Source: Curvularia clavata
Taxonomy: Eukaryota
DNA: 64,000 bases
Assembly (NCBI GenBank): GCA_023920165.1
Contig: CP089275.1
Span: 1,426,001-1,490,000 of the forward strand
Direction: 5' to 3'
This document shows, piece by piece, positions 1-12,033 of the stretch. The translations under genes were made by a program, and so were the position numbers. Within the stretch, counting starts at the first letter, position 1. The number at the start of each line of letters is the position of its first letter. The notes under the pieces are model-generated. The model searched no databases. It was not told where the DNA came from and saw only the letters and a list, made by a program, of their open reading frames with translations.

Positions 1-278
1 CTCCTGCTGTGAACTAGCTGCATGGGGCCCTGATGGCAAGACGGTCGAATGAGCAATGTGCTATGTAGGTAGCACAAGTCCAAGTTCCACCTGCGTGGTT
101 CGGGAACGCCAGCTGATGCAACCTGGTCTCACAGGGCCTGTACGAGGACCAGGGCACGCGCCGACAGCACGTCAGCTACCCACTGTCAGAGTTTTCCGCG
201 ACATTGTGTCGACTTGCTGGGCTCACCGGATTGCCCGGCGGAGCTGAAAACCGTGCTGTGCACATGTGCGATTGGGGC

Positions 279-311
279 GTGTGGGTGTGGGTGTGGGTGT
301 GGGTGTGGGGG
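279..311 (+). repeat. (GTGGGT)n microsatellite with G-quadruplex potential
   Basis: About five tandem GTGGGT units ending in a G-run, giving at least five GGG tracts separated by TGT. Confidence 0.8.
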
Positions 312-1315
312 ATGCCGCCACCTGGTTGACATGGCCGCACCCACGGCGAGGGCGAGGGCGAGGCCAGAGACGTTTAGGCAGGCCGCATTCGGATATAATG
401 TTTGTTGATTGACTGCAAATGCAGCTATTGAAGTTTGCGCTCGCCCGTTGGTGGCTGGCTGGCTGGCTGGTGGCCAACTGATGCCCCGTTGCCGCGTTCA
501 TGCAGGGTCTCGTCACCCTACGGCCATATCCCCATCTACACCTACACCAAGGTCCCTCTGGGGGCCAGGGGCGTCCAATTCACATCCCGCACAGCGCCTG
601 CATCGTGATGGAGGGCCCCGTTTCCCTCGCCCGATGCAAAAGCCTCCGTCACAGATACGTCTAGACTCGCCAATCGGATGGCAGATCGGCGGGGAGACGT
701 GAAGCCCACCAAAGCCACCATGGTCTTAGCGAGCTGCACGGCTTCGTCCTGAACGCGATTGACAGACGCGGAAGCAGGGATGCCTCTTCCCCGGCGCTGA
801 TGCTCCATGCTGCTAGTCGCCCTCTTGTCCAAAATGCTTCTCCGGAAAGCACAGGCAAGACGACTGTTAGCATCGCTGCACTATTCTTGCGCGCGACTGC
901 GGCGGCAGAGCTAGTAAAATACACTCCCGGCCATGTTCGTCATCATCTCAACTCGCTGCCTGGGTGCAGGCTCCGCCGGGCAGGTACCACTGGCACTTGA
1001 CTGGATCGCTCCTGCTGCTTGCTCTTTTCTTCTGTACCACCTCCCTGTCCTCTCTACCCTCTCATCCCACTCCATATCTGACGCCACCCCTCTGACGCCA
1101 CCCACGCTTCCAGGTTCAAAAGCCCTCTCCTCCAGTCTCTTTTCTGATACATACCCTCCCTCGCCTGGGCCTTCCACTACCAACTCTCACTACACCACCA
1201 CGGCTGCTTGTCCCCGAGAGCTTTCTTCAAGTCCTTCTTTCTTTCAAGCTCTCTTTCTCTTACCAATTCCTCCTCCTCAAACAACTACACCTGTTCACAT
1301 CACTCAAATCACGCC

Positions 1316-2949
1316 ATGGATCGACCACAAGTATCCATACCACCAGTACGTCACCCTGGCCATGTCGCGTGCTTCATCTGCTAACCGGGAACGCTAGGCT
1401 GCCAATGTCCTCGGGGTAGGTCACCTGCTCCATCAACCTTGAGTCATGATGCTAATTTACCTTTCCTCGAATAGACAATAGGAACTGGTGGGTAAACCGC
1501 TGTCGTCCTCCACACGCTATGCTAACTCGATCCTAGTGTATGCACATCATGCAATTGATTCTGTCAACTTTTTGCTAACATGCTCTTCCTGACTGTAGCT
1601 GTTGGTGTGTTCAGGTATGTGAAGCTTTTGAATCATTGAAACAGCAGCGACTAACAAAGGACAGATTATTCCACAGTAAGAGTCACAACAACCCTCAGTC
1701 TAATTGCCAACTAACATGGCCAAGAATATGGCATAACTGGCGCCGAAAGAGTACCGAAGGCCTGCCAGGATCCATGCTCATCCTTTGGTCAATATGTGAG
1801 ACTGTCGCCAGTCAATACACAAGCTTGAAACTGACCATAGCAGGCGGTGTCCCTTTTGGTGTATACGCTATTGTTCAGGTATGGTTGCCAACACGATCCT
1901 CGAGCCTCTTCTAATGCGACGCAGAACTTCAACTTTGCCTTGAAGTTTCAGCCTCAGGCATTTGCCGGTCTCACACTCATTTCCTGGGGTCAGACTCTTT
2001 ATTACCACAAGTCAGTCGAGTCCCTGTATTTCTTAATTGGCACTAACAAGCAGTAGTAAATGGCGAGCGTGGACCGCCACCGTTGCAACCATTGCCCTGG
2101 CTGCAAGCTTCGGACTCATGGAAATGATTCTCATCCTCACTCTGCGAGTAGGTCACGCAATAGCCTGGCCCCTTGTTCTTCTTAGCTCATCGTGTCCTTG
2201 TAGGGCCCATACAGCAGAGGTGTCGAATGGCCGATGATGCTCATGGCTATCTCGGCAACTGTTATCCAGATTCTTGGCCTGATCCCTCCCTACTTCGAAC
2301 TCGCAAAGCGCAATGGAAGAGTCATTGGAATTGGTACGGTGACAGCTAGTTGACCCTGGGGCGAATCATCGTTGCTAACCTACTTAGATTTCTGGTTTCT
2401 CACCATCGATTACATGGGCGCTTTCTTCTCCCTCATGGCCATCGGTATGTTCGTCGCCTTCTCCGACAAAGCATGGCTAATGAAGACGATAGTCGCACAG
2501 CAGTGGTTCGATGCTCTCGGTGCTAGCTTATACATCGTTTGGTATGTATCCTCGCTTGTGCTCTACCGTCACACAGAGCCCCCTTGCTAACACCTACTAG
2601 CATGTTGCTCGAAACTGGTATATTCGCCTCACAAGCCATCTGGATGTGGCGTGTTCGACACGTACGCGCCGAAGCCAAGAAGGCTGGAATGACCTACGAC
2701 GAATACATTGCAGAGAACCCAAGCAAAAAGCTATTTGCTAGCGAATCTTCCGAAACATTCGTCGATGTCGAAGCAGGCCACGATGAGAAGCGAACGGCGA
2801 GCACATGTACCGAGAAGTCGACTACAAGCCAGACAGAGCACAGTGTCATCACACCGGGTGATGCGATACCGACGCCGTCGGAGCCTTCTCCGGAAGCACT
2901 GCCCACTCCACCGCCTGCCGTGTTGAGGCCCAGCGGGCCTGGCCCATGA
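1316..2949 (+). CDS. PQ-loop repeat membrane protein (multi-exon, with several micro-exons)
   Basis: Manual splicing gives MDRPQVSIPP-AANVLG-TIGT-V-CWCVQ-IIPQ-IWHNWRRKSTEGLPGSMLILW (PQ motif). A second loop reads LIPPYFELAKRNGRVIG. Introns have GTRHGT-type donors and GCTAAC-type branch sites. Stop at 2947-2949. Confidence 0.85.
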
Positions 2950-4598
2950 TAATCACGACGACCCTTCTCTTCTTGAACAACATGTCGCACAATTCGCGGC
3001 AAATCTTTTAACGACCACGTTTTGTAATATCTTACTACTTCCCCAGTCAGGGAGCACAACATTCTACCAGCTCAATGAGGATATGAGCAGTCACCGCTGG
3101 TGTATATTACTTTATTTCGGTACTCATCAAGGCAAAAGCAATCGACATGAAACGTGTACGAATATCACAAATTAACGGAACTGGGTTGGGGGCGTTTGGT
3201 ATTGTTATCTATCTATGTACATATTATCTTTGGGCGAGGATTGGACAAGGAAAAGCAAGCTTCTCTGCAATGGAATAAACTGGTGCTGATGCACGACCAC
3301 GCAGTTGGCGAGATACATCCATCGAATAACATTCAGTCGGACCTTTTCGTAGTGCTGTGAAAGCCTCAACATACTTTAGTGCTCACTGTGCCAAGCTCCT
3401 TCAGTATGCTACACGATAGGATTCTAGTATGACATAGTCGCACAAGGTACACATGTACCTGTACATAATCGAGAACCACAAGCAATATTTTATTAGAAAA
3501 GCAGAGCGGGAAATAAGTAGCAACAAGAATCTTTTTTACTTCCTAACCCGATTCTACCCCAAGAAAAGAACCCTTTCTTTATAAGAGAGAAAAGAAAAAG
3601 ATGCATGAAGTACACGTGTACGTAGTACACAGCCTGAGAGTCCGGCCAGCCTTACTCGTGTTCCTTCTCTCAAAAAGACAAGAGGACTCTTCGTTTCCTA
3701 TCATTGTAGGTACTAAAAAAGTCCCTTTCCCTTGTGCATGTATGTTCTTTCTCCTGCTTGCCTCATCTAGAGACGGACAAGACTTGTTCACGGTCCGCGA
3801 TTGGTGCTTGTTCATGTGAAAAGCCGCAAAAATGGGAACAAGGAGAAGAAAGCAAGAACGGGAGAGAAGACAATGGTGGTAAACAGGATATGGAGAGGGG
3901 AGCATGGCTTTTTGGTTCCATTCTGGTTCTCATATTCTAGTGTGGATGGAGTAGATGTATGTGTGTAGTACAAGTATGGATAGAATACCTTGTAATAGTG
4001 AACAGTTGTGTGGTGAACAGGTGCGTAGTGAGCAGGTATGTAATGTTTCGAGCCGTAACACCTACTCAGCATCTGATCGAAAATCGGATTTACCCAAAAG
4101 ATTAATAAATGAATAGAAGAGAGAGTTAAAGATTAGAGAATCATGTAGTTGTTGCTGTCTTCGTACAAAATCAAAGATTATCACCTAGACAAAGGCACCT
4201 CTTTAGGACTTTTCTCAGGCCTCCAGTTCATAGAGCGTCAAGAAGGAGAGACTAGGCTTCAGTCCTGGGCCACTGGTACCCCTGTACACCGGCACAGTGG
4301 TAGTCGGTAATAACCTCCATAGTTTATTACTTTAACTCTAAACTTTAAGTAGCAAATTCTATTTCTAAGGAGTGGAACCTTATTCACACCACCTTGTTGT
4401 TATTCGTGAAAACTCACTACTCGACCCATCTTAATTATTTAGGTAATTACATTGGAGTATTATTATGATGATGCTATCTACGCAACGCTACCAAACACTT
4501 GAAAGTATGTAACAGGCCTGACCACCAAGATCCCGCAAAACAAATTGGTATATTTACTTTTAACAAAATCAAAAACTCCGTTACGCCCAAGCCCAGAT

Positions 4599-5600
4599 CT
4601 ACCTAACAGCTACAACTGGAACATCTTCCTTCTCGACATCGGTGCCACTGCCACTGCCACTGCCACTGCCAATTTCTGCCGCCATGTGTACGTCATCATG
4701 AGGCTGAATCAAAGTGCCATCAATCTTCATGCTAGCACCCTGATCGCGAAGGAGCTTCGCCGGAGGTGTAAACACGTATGCGCCCATGGCAATGATCATG
4801 GGGACTGCATCGAGCACAACCACATAGACTTCGACTGTGATGAGCTTGCCTCTCCATCCCTCAGCCAGTTCGATGCTTCGGTAGACACCTCGCATGATCA
4901 TCATAGCTGCCGCAAGGACCGTTACGCTCACCACACGAAGCATAGGCTTGTTCTTACGGATTCGAGGTGCGCCGCGCCAGACAACGATGCTGAGAATACA
5001 GCTAAAAATGCACGTCAAGACCAGTTGGGCGATAATACCAACGACCATTGTTGTTGTGCCTGGTTGAGTGGATTTTCCAGCCTGATATGCGGCACCGGCG
5101 AGGCCACCACCTGTTGCTTGGAGGGCTAGGCATACGATGTCAACGCACGCGCAGATGAGGAGGTAGGTTCGAGGCGGCAAAGGAGAAACGTCGCGACCCA
5201 GGAGGACGATTATAACCCAGAGAGTAATGTAGATGCCGGCTTGTGTCCACGCGGGGCCTGTGTTCGTGTTAGCCTCCTATGGACCCTACTTATTGATGTT
5301 TACACACGTACCCATAATCAACACCGCAGTCTGCATGGTAAACAGAGGCCGCGAGTACGAGCAGGTATGCCCTACCGCCCTCGCAATCCACCCCAAACTT
5401 TCCAAGCCAGAACCAACAACAAAGAAAATCATCCATGGGGTGCGGTATCTCCACATCTGGAAGCCATGTGCGATACAGATAAGACCAAAGATGATGACAA
5501 AGGCAATGGAGAGCCCCAGGTTGGGTCTATAGCCGTACTGGCTAGGATAGTTTGGGTTGTACTCGGTGCATGCTGGAGGCCACTGTGCTGGAGACGACAT
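4599..5600 (-). CDS. RTA1/Rsb1-family lipid-translocating membrane protein
   Basis: YGYRPNLG start, ESLGWIAR, DIVCLALQATGGG, RGVYRSIELAEGW and VLDAVPM are typical RTA1-family motifs. One intron at ~5250-5310. Confidence 0.9.
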
Positions 5601-5939
5601 GGCGTAGGTTGGACGAAGAACTTCGTTATTTGGGCGTATGAGGCACGTAAAGCAGGGGCAGAGTTTCCAGCGCCAAAAAGTGTCTAGCTGAGATGGTTTG
5701 GTCTCCTGGGACCAGAGAATATGGGGGATAGAGCCGTGTCTGTTGAAACTTTTACGAAGTGGCTTGCTTACATCCCTCCAGCTTTGTAGAGATTGCGACG
5801 AGAGGAGCTGCCAAGCAGGTGAGTGAATGAGAGACGGACCGAGCCACCGAAACCAGCTGTGCGGCAGCTCCGCCTCGTCGCCAACGGTTGTTATGACGAC
5901 ATTAAAGGAATTTGTTGTATGCCATGCACGAAACTACAA

Positions 5940-5949
5940 AAAGTCGCCG
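5940..5949 (-). promoter_or_regulatory. Cluster motif CGGCGACTTT (RTA1/hydrolase divergent promoter, copy 1)
   Basis: aaagtcgccg on the + strand, the reverse complement of the motif that recurs upstream of all cluster transcription units. Confidence 0.65.
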
Positions 5950-6005
5950 TGAGTGGTCGAAGGGGGGGGTCGGTCCAACATATACACGCCAAGCTGTTGC
6001 ATGTT

Positions 6006-6017
6006 TCGGCGACTTTT
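6006..6017 (+). promoter_or_regulatory. Cluster motif TCGGCGACTTTT (RTA1/hydrolase divergent promoter, copy 2)
   Basis: Exact 12-mer also present at 26658 and 29606. Confidence 0.7.
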
Positions 6018-6750
6018 CGTACTCGCTCAGCGTGGTCTTTGTACTCACACCCCGGGCCCGTTTGGGCAATGTACAGGGATTAGACCCCTGTTACATTCTG
6101 CACATAGCGGGCCTCTTGTGGGTAAGCTGGACGCCTAGAACAGCTGAACGGCGCCTTCTGCAATGGCCCGGACGGGTCCTAACCGCCAGGAGCAGCCAAA
6201 AGAACAAGATGGTACAACAACGGTTACTATGATTGCTAGGAAATCGGCCTAAGTAGAGTAGACTTGCCAAGGCGCTATGCCTGAAATGGGGCGTACGTCT
6301 GGCAGTGCCATAACACCTTTACTCCACGCCGACAACAAACTGAAACGACTCCGAAGAGGGCGCCGATAATGATTTCAGCTGGAGGATATATCATCATGGC
6401 ATCGGGCAGAGTAGATAAGAAGACCAAAGCCAACTCTCACAGCGATAGGCGCATTTCACAGACAGTCATTAATTTGCTCATCTCGCTCACCACATTATCA
6501 ATACCCCCTCTTGGTCTCGCCGGTATACCTGCTTAGGTGCTGAAGTGAAACCACCCACAGCATTCCCACAGCGCGCGGCAATCCATCGTGGTCCTCCCGA
6601 TCGACGATCGCCCCGACACCTAGACGGACGCCTTATTTCGTCGTTCGCGATCGAACACGTGCCAGGAGACGCACCAAGCCATTCACTGCAGTGCTATCAC
6701 GCCGCACCGCCACAAGATTACTCTGTGGGTCTCACCAATTGTTGCCCAGT

Positions 6751-7692
6751 ATGAGATTCCTATGCCTTCACGGCATGGGTACAAACTCGAGCATCTTCGA
6801 GACCCAGATCGCGGGAATGTGTCAGCAGCTGCAGGACCAGGGCCACGAATTTATTTTTGTGGACGGCCTAATTGAATGCGATGCAGCTCCAGGTATGGCT
6901 ATGATTACTTTTGTATTTCGCAATTTTGCTGCTTCAGGGATGCCTCGTGTCCGCAATGAAGTCAGTCATGCGCAAGTGTCACATCATCAAAGCTAACCAA
7001 TGACTGCAGGAATCGGATCCTTGTTCCCCGGGCCGTACCTCTGTTACTATGACCTCCCAACTCCAGAAAAGGTTCAGAGTGCATTTGATTATATCAACGA
7101 GGTGATTGAGGAGGAGGGTCCGTTCGATGGTGTTTTCGGTTTCTCGCAAGGAGCTGCGCTAGCCTCGTCGATGATGTTGGAGCACTATAAGCGCAACCCA
7201 CTTGACGACCTTTTCAAATTCGCAGTGTTTATTGCGGCCTCGCTTCCCTTCAATCTTGACGACACCACAGGAATGAGACACTGGGAATCCGCCGTGCGCA
7301 AGGCGATACAAGGCGCACCGGCCGCTTTCGGAGGCGAATTCGCAGGTGAGCTCATAGTCGATGAGGGCAGCGGTAGCAGCGAGGATGAAGACAGCGAGAC
7401 GCACACTCGTGGATTTCCCCTCAGACCTTGGATGTTGGGCACTAAAACATTGCTTGGGAGGTATCACCCTAGCAGGGACAAGGTCAGAATCCAGGTGCCC
7501 ACACTACATATTATGAGTGATGTGGACCAGTATCTGGCGCAGAGTGAGAACTTGGTTAAACTTTGCAATTCTGAATTGAGTTCAGTCGTAAAGCATGATG
7601 CTGGACATCGAGTTCCGCGGAGCAAGGACTTTGAGGTCAAGGCAACAGCAGGCTTGGATGCAGTAGTGAGATCCTCACTGATGAGGACATGA
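6751..7692 (+). CDS. FSH1/LovG-type serine hydrolase, probable polyketide-releasing esterase
   Basis: MRFLCLHGMGTNS N-terminus, GPFDGVFGFSQGA nucleophile elbow, PTLHI...D and HDAGHRVP (Ser-Asp-His triad). One intron at ~6893-7009. Confidence 0.9.
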
Positions 7693-7923
7693 GGCTGTAT
7701 CACTTCTAATTGAGGATATCTACTACGACGCAAGCGTATATTGGTACATTTAGATGGAATAACATGCATAATAGAGCACACAGTGTACGCCGGCGATCCC
7801 TGGGTAATCGAGAAACATGGGTACATATCGGGACAAACAAAGGAACACCAGTGATTGAATGCTGTTTAAAAAAAAAGTCCGTGACTCCATCCGAATGAAA
7901 GAATCGGGGCCTTATGGGCGGCC

Positions 7924-9255
7924 TCATGCCTTCACGAGAAGAGAGTCAGCCGACCCACGCATCTCCTCCCTCGTCCTCTTGATTTCCACCAGGAGCTCAG
8001 AAACTTCCAGTCCACCAAGAGGTTTCATAGCCCTTTGCATCCCGATGATCGCATCTCGGCCCCCAGAGAGGTCGCTGAGCATCGAGGCCAACCTCGCGAG
8101 GTGGAAATCCATGGTCGTCAGCTGTAAAATCGAAGTTAAATGATTGGCTGTGACGCTCCTGCCTGCGCCCATCGAGCCACCAGACGGATCCATTGGATGA
8201 TGTAAAATATTGGTTGTAGGTCCACCACCTGTACCGGGCCCAGGCGTCTGACCCGCAACCGCGAGGTCCGTGCAATCGGGATTGGGGCTGGCGGCCCATG
8301 AGTGGGTACGGCCGAGCAAGCGATAGATGTCTAGTAGCATAGCCACCCCCATCAACGCCAGGACAAACATTGCGTGGGTATCCTCATGATCCATTGGGTG
8401 TTGAGGTCGTATTGTCTCGTTTTCGGAGGATTTTCCAGATATCACAGCGTGGAGGATATCGCACAGGCTGGACGCCGATTCGAAAACCTCCTTGCCCGGT
8501 CTCACTACGTACTCTTCCGTTCCGTAAATTCCGGGGATACACCAAGGCCTGTTGCACTCCTGTCGCAGAATGAATAGCAGTCTGGATAGTTGTCGATAAA
8601 CATCAAGTGGCAGTCCGCTGCCATCGGTGTGTGGAAGCAAACCCAAGGACTTGTCCGGCACCTTTGAGTGTTCGGAGATGGGAGGGGTGAGAAGAAGTGG
8701 TTCCGGTTTTGGCACGTGGTTGTGATGTTGAAAATAGTTCATGCTGGAATCGTTGCTAGGTGAGTAAGGGAGTGACCTGTATACCAAAGAGTCAGTTTAA
8801 TTGATCCATACTGGGTGGTGATACAAAGCGGCGACGTACGCAGATGTGGAAAAGTTTGCAGCTTGATTCTCCAGGATGAATGTGAAGTCGTGCTGGGACA
8901 TCATGTCAAAGTCATTGTCGGGTAGCTGAAAGGTATCATGCTGTGCCGGCTGTGGCAGCGCACCTAGGTCGCTCTGGGAGCAGCTTCGCGCTGGGGTAAG
9001 TGGTCTCTGTTCCTCTCTCTTTTCTGATACTGATGCTCTCTTCTGTGCAGCAGATCTTGATGAAGTCTTATCTGCTGCTGACCTGTCTTTGGCCCTCCGT
9101 CCTGCCTTCCTCGGCCTTCCCATCTCGTCTCTTGGGCTGAAGATGCAAACCCTCCCTGTGCCCTGGCAGTTGAGACAAGCTCCCGGCGCATTGGTGGTAC
9201 ACTTGATTTTACGGTCGTGACACTCATCACAGGCACTCCGGTGCAGTGATTCCAT
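7924..9255 (-). CDS. Zn(II)2Cys6 transcription factor, probable cluster regulator
   Basis: CDECHDRKIKCTTNAPGACLNCQGTGRVC binuclear cluster followed by basic MGRPRK. A second exon is provided by ORF 7924-8787. Confidence 0.88.
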
Positions 9256-9941
9256 GGCCGGCTGAAGATCGAGACGATGTCTCAGGGAGAACCAAGGGGA
9301 GGTATGGGGTTTTGTCTGAAAGCAATTGATCGGCTACGAGTCGATAAATAATTTGTTTGGCGCGGGTGGTATTTCAATTTGTATAGAGTCGAGAGGTCCT
9401 ACGTCACATCAACAGCCCGATCGATATCGAGGTTTTTGCTGACGCATGTATGTACTTACGCCACAATCCTGATCCGGCGGAGCAAGGCCCCAACTATACC
9501 TTATTCTTCCTTCTGCTAGTTACATAGGATAAGCTGAGCTCAGCCTCAGCACCCAATGTGACTTCCGGTCACAGCGATCTATTAGCGGAGCCACACGTTA
9601 GTTGACATCTGTTCGTGGGGGTAGTTGCGGACATAGAACGTACTAGTCGAGCGGAAATAAGAGTGTGTCCGTGTGTGTAGGTTATATTAATAACTGCCTA
9701 TGGCGTTTTTACACCACAGTGAGGATTACCATGAAAATATATGTTTATTCGGGTGGATGCGAGGCAGCCATGGCGCCGTGTTGGTCCGGACATTGTTGGT
9801 GGCTTCTAGTTACCATTCTAAACAGGATTCGGTAAGAGCTCGGGCAGTCTTGTCAAGTACATTCCGAAGGATTTACAACCGAGAGAAATGGACTTGGATG
9901 GCGCCTACTCCCTCCTACCTTATCACTTCGTAGTGTGGAGG

Positions 9942-10221
9942 AGACCGAGCTAGTACTATGGTGAGACCAGACTAGTACTCTGGTATCAGGCCACTACTAA
10001 GGTATCAGGGGGAGGTTTTATAAGGCCCGGATATACAGCTTTTCCTTAGGATTGGCTGGGATCTCTCATCAATAAAGAATAAAGTTCTGATTAGCTGTTA
10101 AGAGGCGTTCAGATACAGGAAAGACTTAGAGGTGTCTAAAGTAGTACCGAGAAAAGACTTAGCATTGTCTACAGTAATACCGAGACTAATGCCGCGCGTA
10201 CAAGACTTCGGCCTAATACCA
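9942..10221. repeat. Degenerate repeat / possible LTR remnant with two pairs of imperfect tandem repeats
   Basis: gagaccgagctagtactatggt / gagaccagactagtactctggt and aaagacttagaggtgtctaaagtagtaccgaga / aaagacttagcattgtctacagtaataccgaga. TATA-like ttataa and AATAAA lie in between. No clean target-site duplication seen. Confidence 0.4.
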
Positions 10222-11401
10222 TGGTAATTCTATGCCAAGCGTTTTTTGCGAGGAGTCCTGGATTGATATCCTAACACATTCCCTGGCAAACTCGCTTTGC
10301 TATATGCAGCATGTGGTTATGTTGATGTTTCACCACAGGGTTGTTGTTTTAGAGAGTGACGGAATTGCCGATGCCCCCTCTGGCCTAGCTGTCTAGACAA
10401 TCCCCTAAAGTACCGTTGCAACATTGTATCGCCGCCGTGAGAATATCATGATACATTGTCGAGGTGTCAGACTTATTCAAGGCTTCCAAGTGGATTAGTG
10501 GAGTACACGTGCGTAACGGCTAGGAAGTACCTGTTGGGAAAAAGTGGAGTGTAAGATGAATAGATGAGTCTGGCCGGCAGGCCGGGTTAGATGCTGTACT
10601 AGTCCGCTTCGGGACATCGATGGCCCATATGGCTGCTTCCAACAACAGTTCCAGGTTCCTGGACGTTAGGCCACAGCATGACTCACGTAGATTGACTTGC
10701 ATCCCATTTTGGCCCAATAAAAATCCCAGTCTACCATCATCGTATTCGGGGTTGGGAAAAAAATGCTGTTCTTGTGGTAAACATGGTATCCTATGATAAG
10801 GAAGCTCTCGCGAAATATTACGATTGGTCGCAACCCCCTCGCCCCTCCTACAATCCCATCTGCCGACTACCTAACAATTAAGAAAGTTAAAAATTAGTAC
10901 GATGGCTGGAAAATAATGGAGCAATGCATTTCTAGTGAAGACGCTTAGCCATTTGAAAGTAGGCTAATCTCACAGTACGGCGTACTTGCATTTGTTATGA
11001 AAGCGTACTGCTGAACGGCTTCTGGCCCCCACGTGGCCCCCAACCTGGCGTCCTGTTAGCCTAACAGCTACGAAGTACGGAATACTCCACCTTACTGTTG
11101 GTTCCACCCCAAGTGGAGGCTAACACAACTTGCGAGTCCAAGTTTAGTTCAGCTCGATCGCAGGGTTTAGGTTTTCGCATCCCAGGTAGCGTAACATTCG
11201 GCTCTCAACCCTATAATGTCGTACAGTAATCAATCGGAAAACAGGGACGCAGGTACTAAACTCAAAGTTCTTGAAATGATATATATATCAATCAACGCAA
11301 GATCACCGTGTGTTGACGTTTTGTCTCAACAAAAGTTATGAGGACAAGCAGTTGGGGCACTTCTCTGTCACTTGACGTCGCGATCGCGGGTGCGTAAGGA
11401 T

Positions 11402-11413
11402 TCGGCGACATTT
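11402..11413 (+). promoter_or_regulatory. Cluster motif TCGGCGACATTT (TF/MFS intergenic region)
   Basis: Identical 12-mer at 24453, upstream of the PKS. Confidence 0.7.
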
Positions 11414-12033
11414 GGAACACAGCACAATACGAGTTTCATACGTTAGTGACCTCGCGATCGGGTCTCGGCTGGCTCCGGCGATCCGCGGGTAGCACGACGC
11501 GATCTGTAGAGGAGCTGCGAGGCGTGCGGAATGCGCACGTGTCCGAATAAAGACCTGGAGTGGGTACTGTGGCTGGCTGCAGCGCATACGTACTCTGTAT
11601 TACGCAAGGATTGTGCATCTACAATTGTGTTGCGAGCCAATCGTTCACCAAAAGTCACCGAGTCGGATGGTCATGTAGAAAACGAGGAAATGTGCCAGTC
11701 TCGCACTCGGTCACAATAACATGTCCGCGACTCAATTCGCACTCGCTAAGCCACGTATGGTCGACCTTTTGGGGACTTCTACACGTGGAAGGACTCGACG
11801 CTCAGCATGTACGCGCAACCGCTAAAAAATGTTCCCGACAGGAGATGATACCGCAAACGAGCAGTGTCTCGACGTCGACTGTGAGCCCGGACGATTTGTT
11901 TACCGGCTTATATACGAAAGAGATGCCTCCGCGAGCGATCTAGGCTGACCACCCTCGACACTTTGTAATTCTTCCATGAGAAGTGCGCCTATTCGCAAGC
12001 TCTCCCAGGTGTCAGCTATACCTGCTCCCAAAT

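Noticed and set aside
56..1397. Short overlapping ORFs upstream of the PQ-loop gene
   Set aside because: Low-complexity translations of GC-rich promoter/UTR sequence with no domain or splice support.
4645..4670. GCCACT tandem repeat
   Set aside because: It only encodes the GSGSGSG linker in the RTA1 C-terminal tail.
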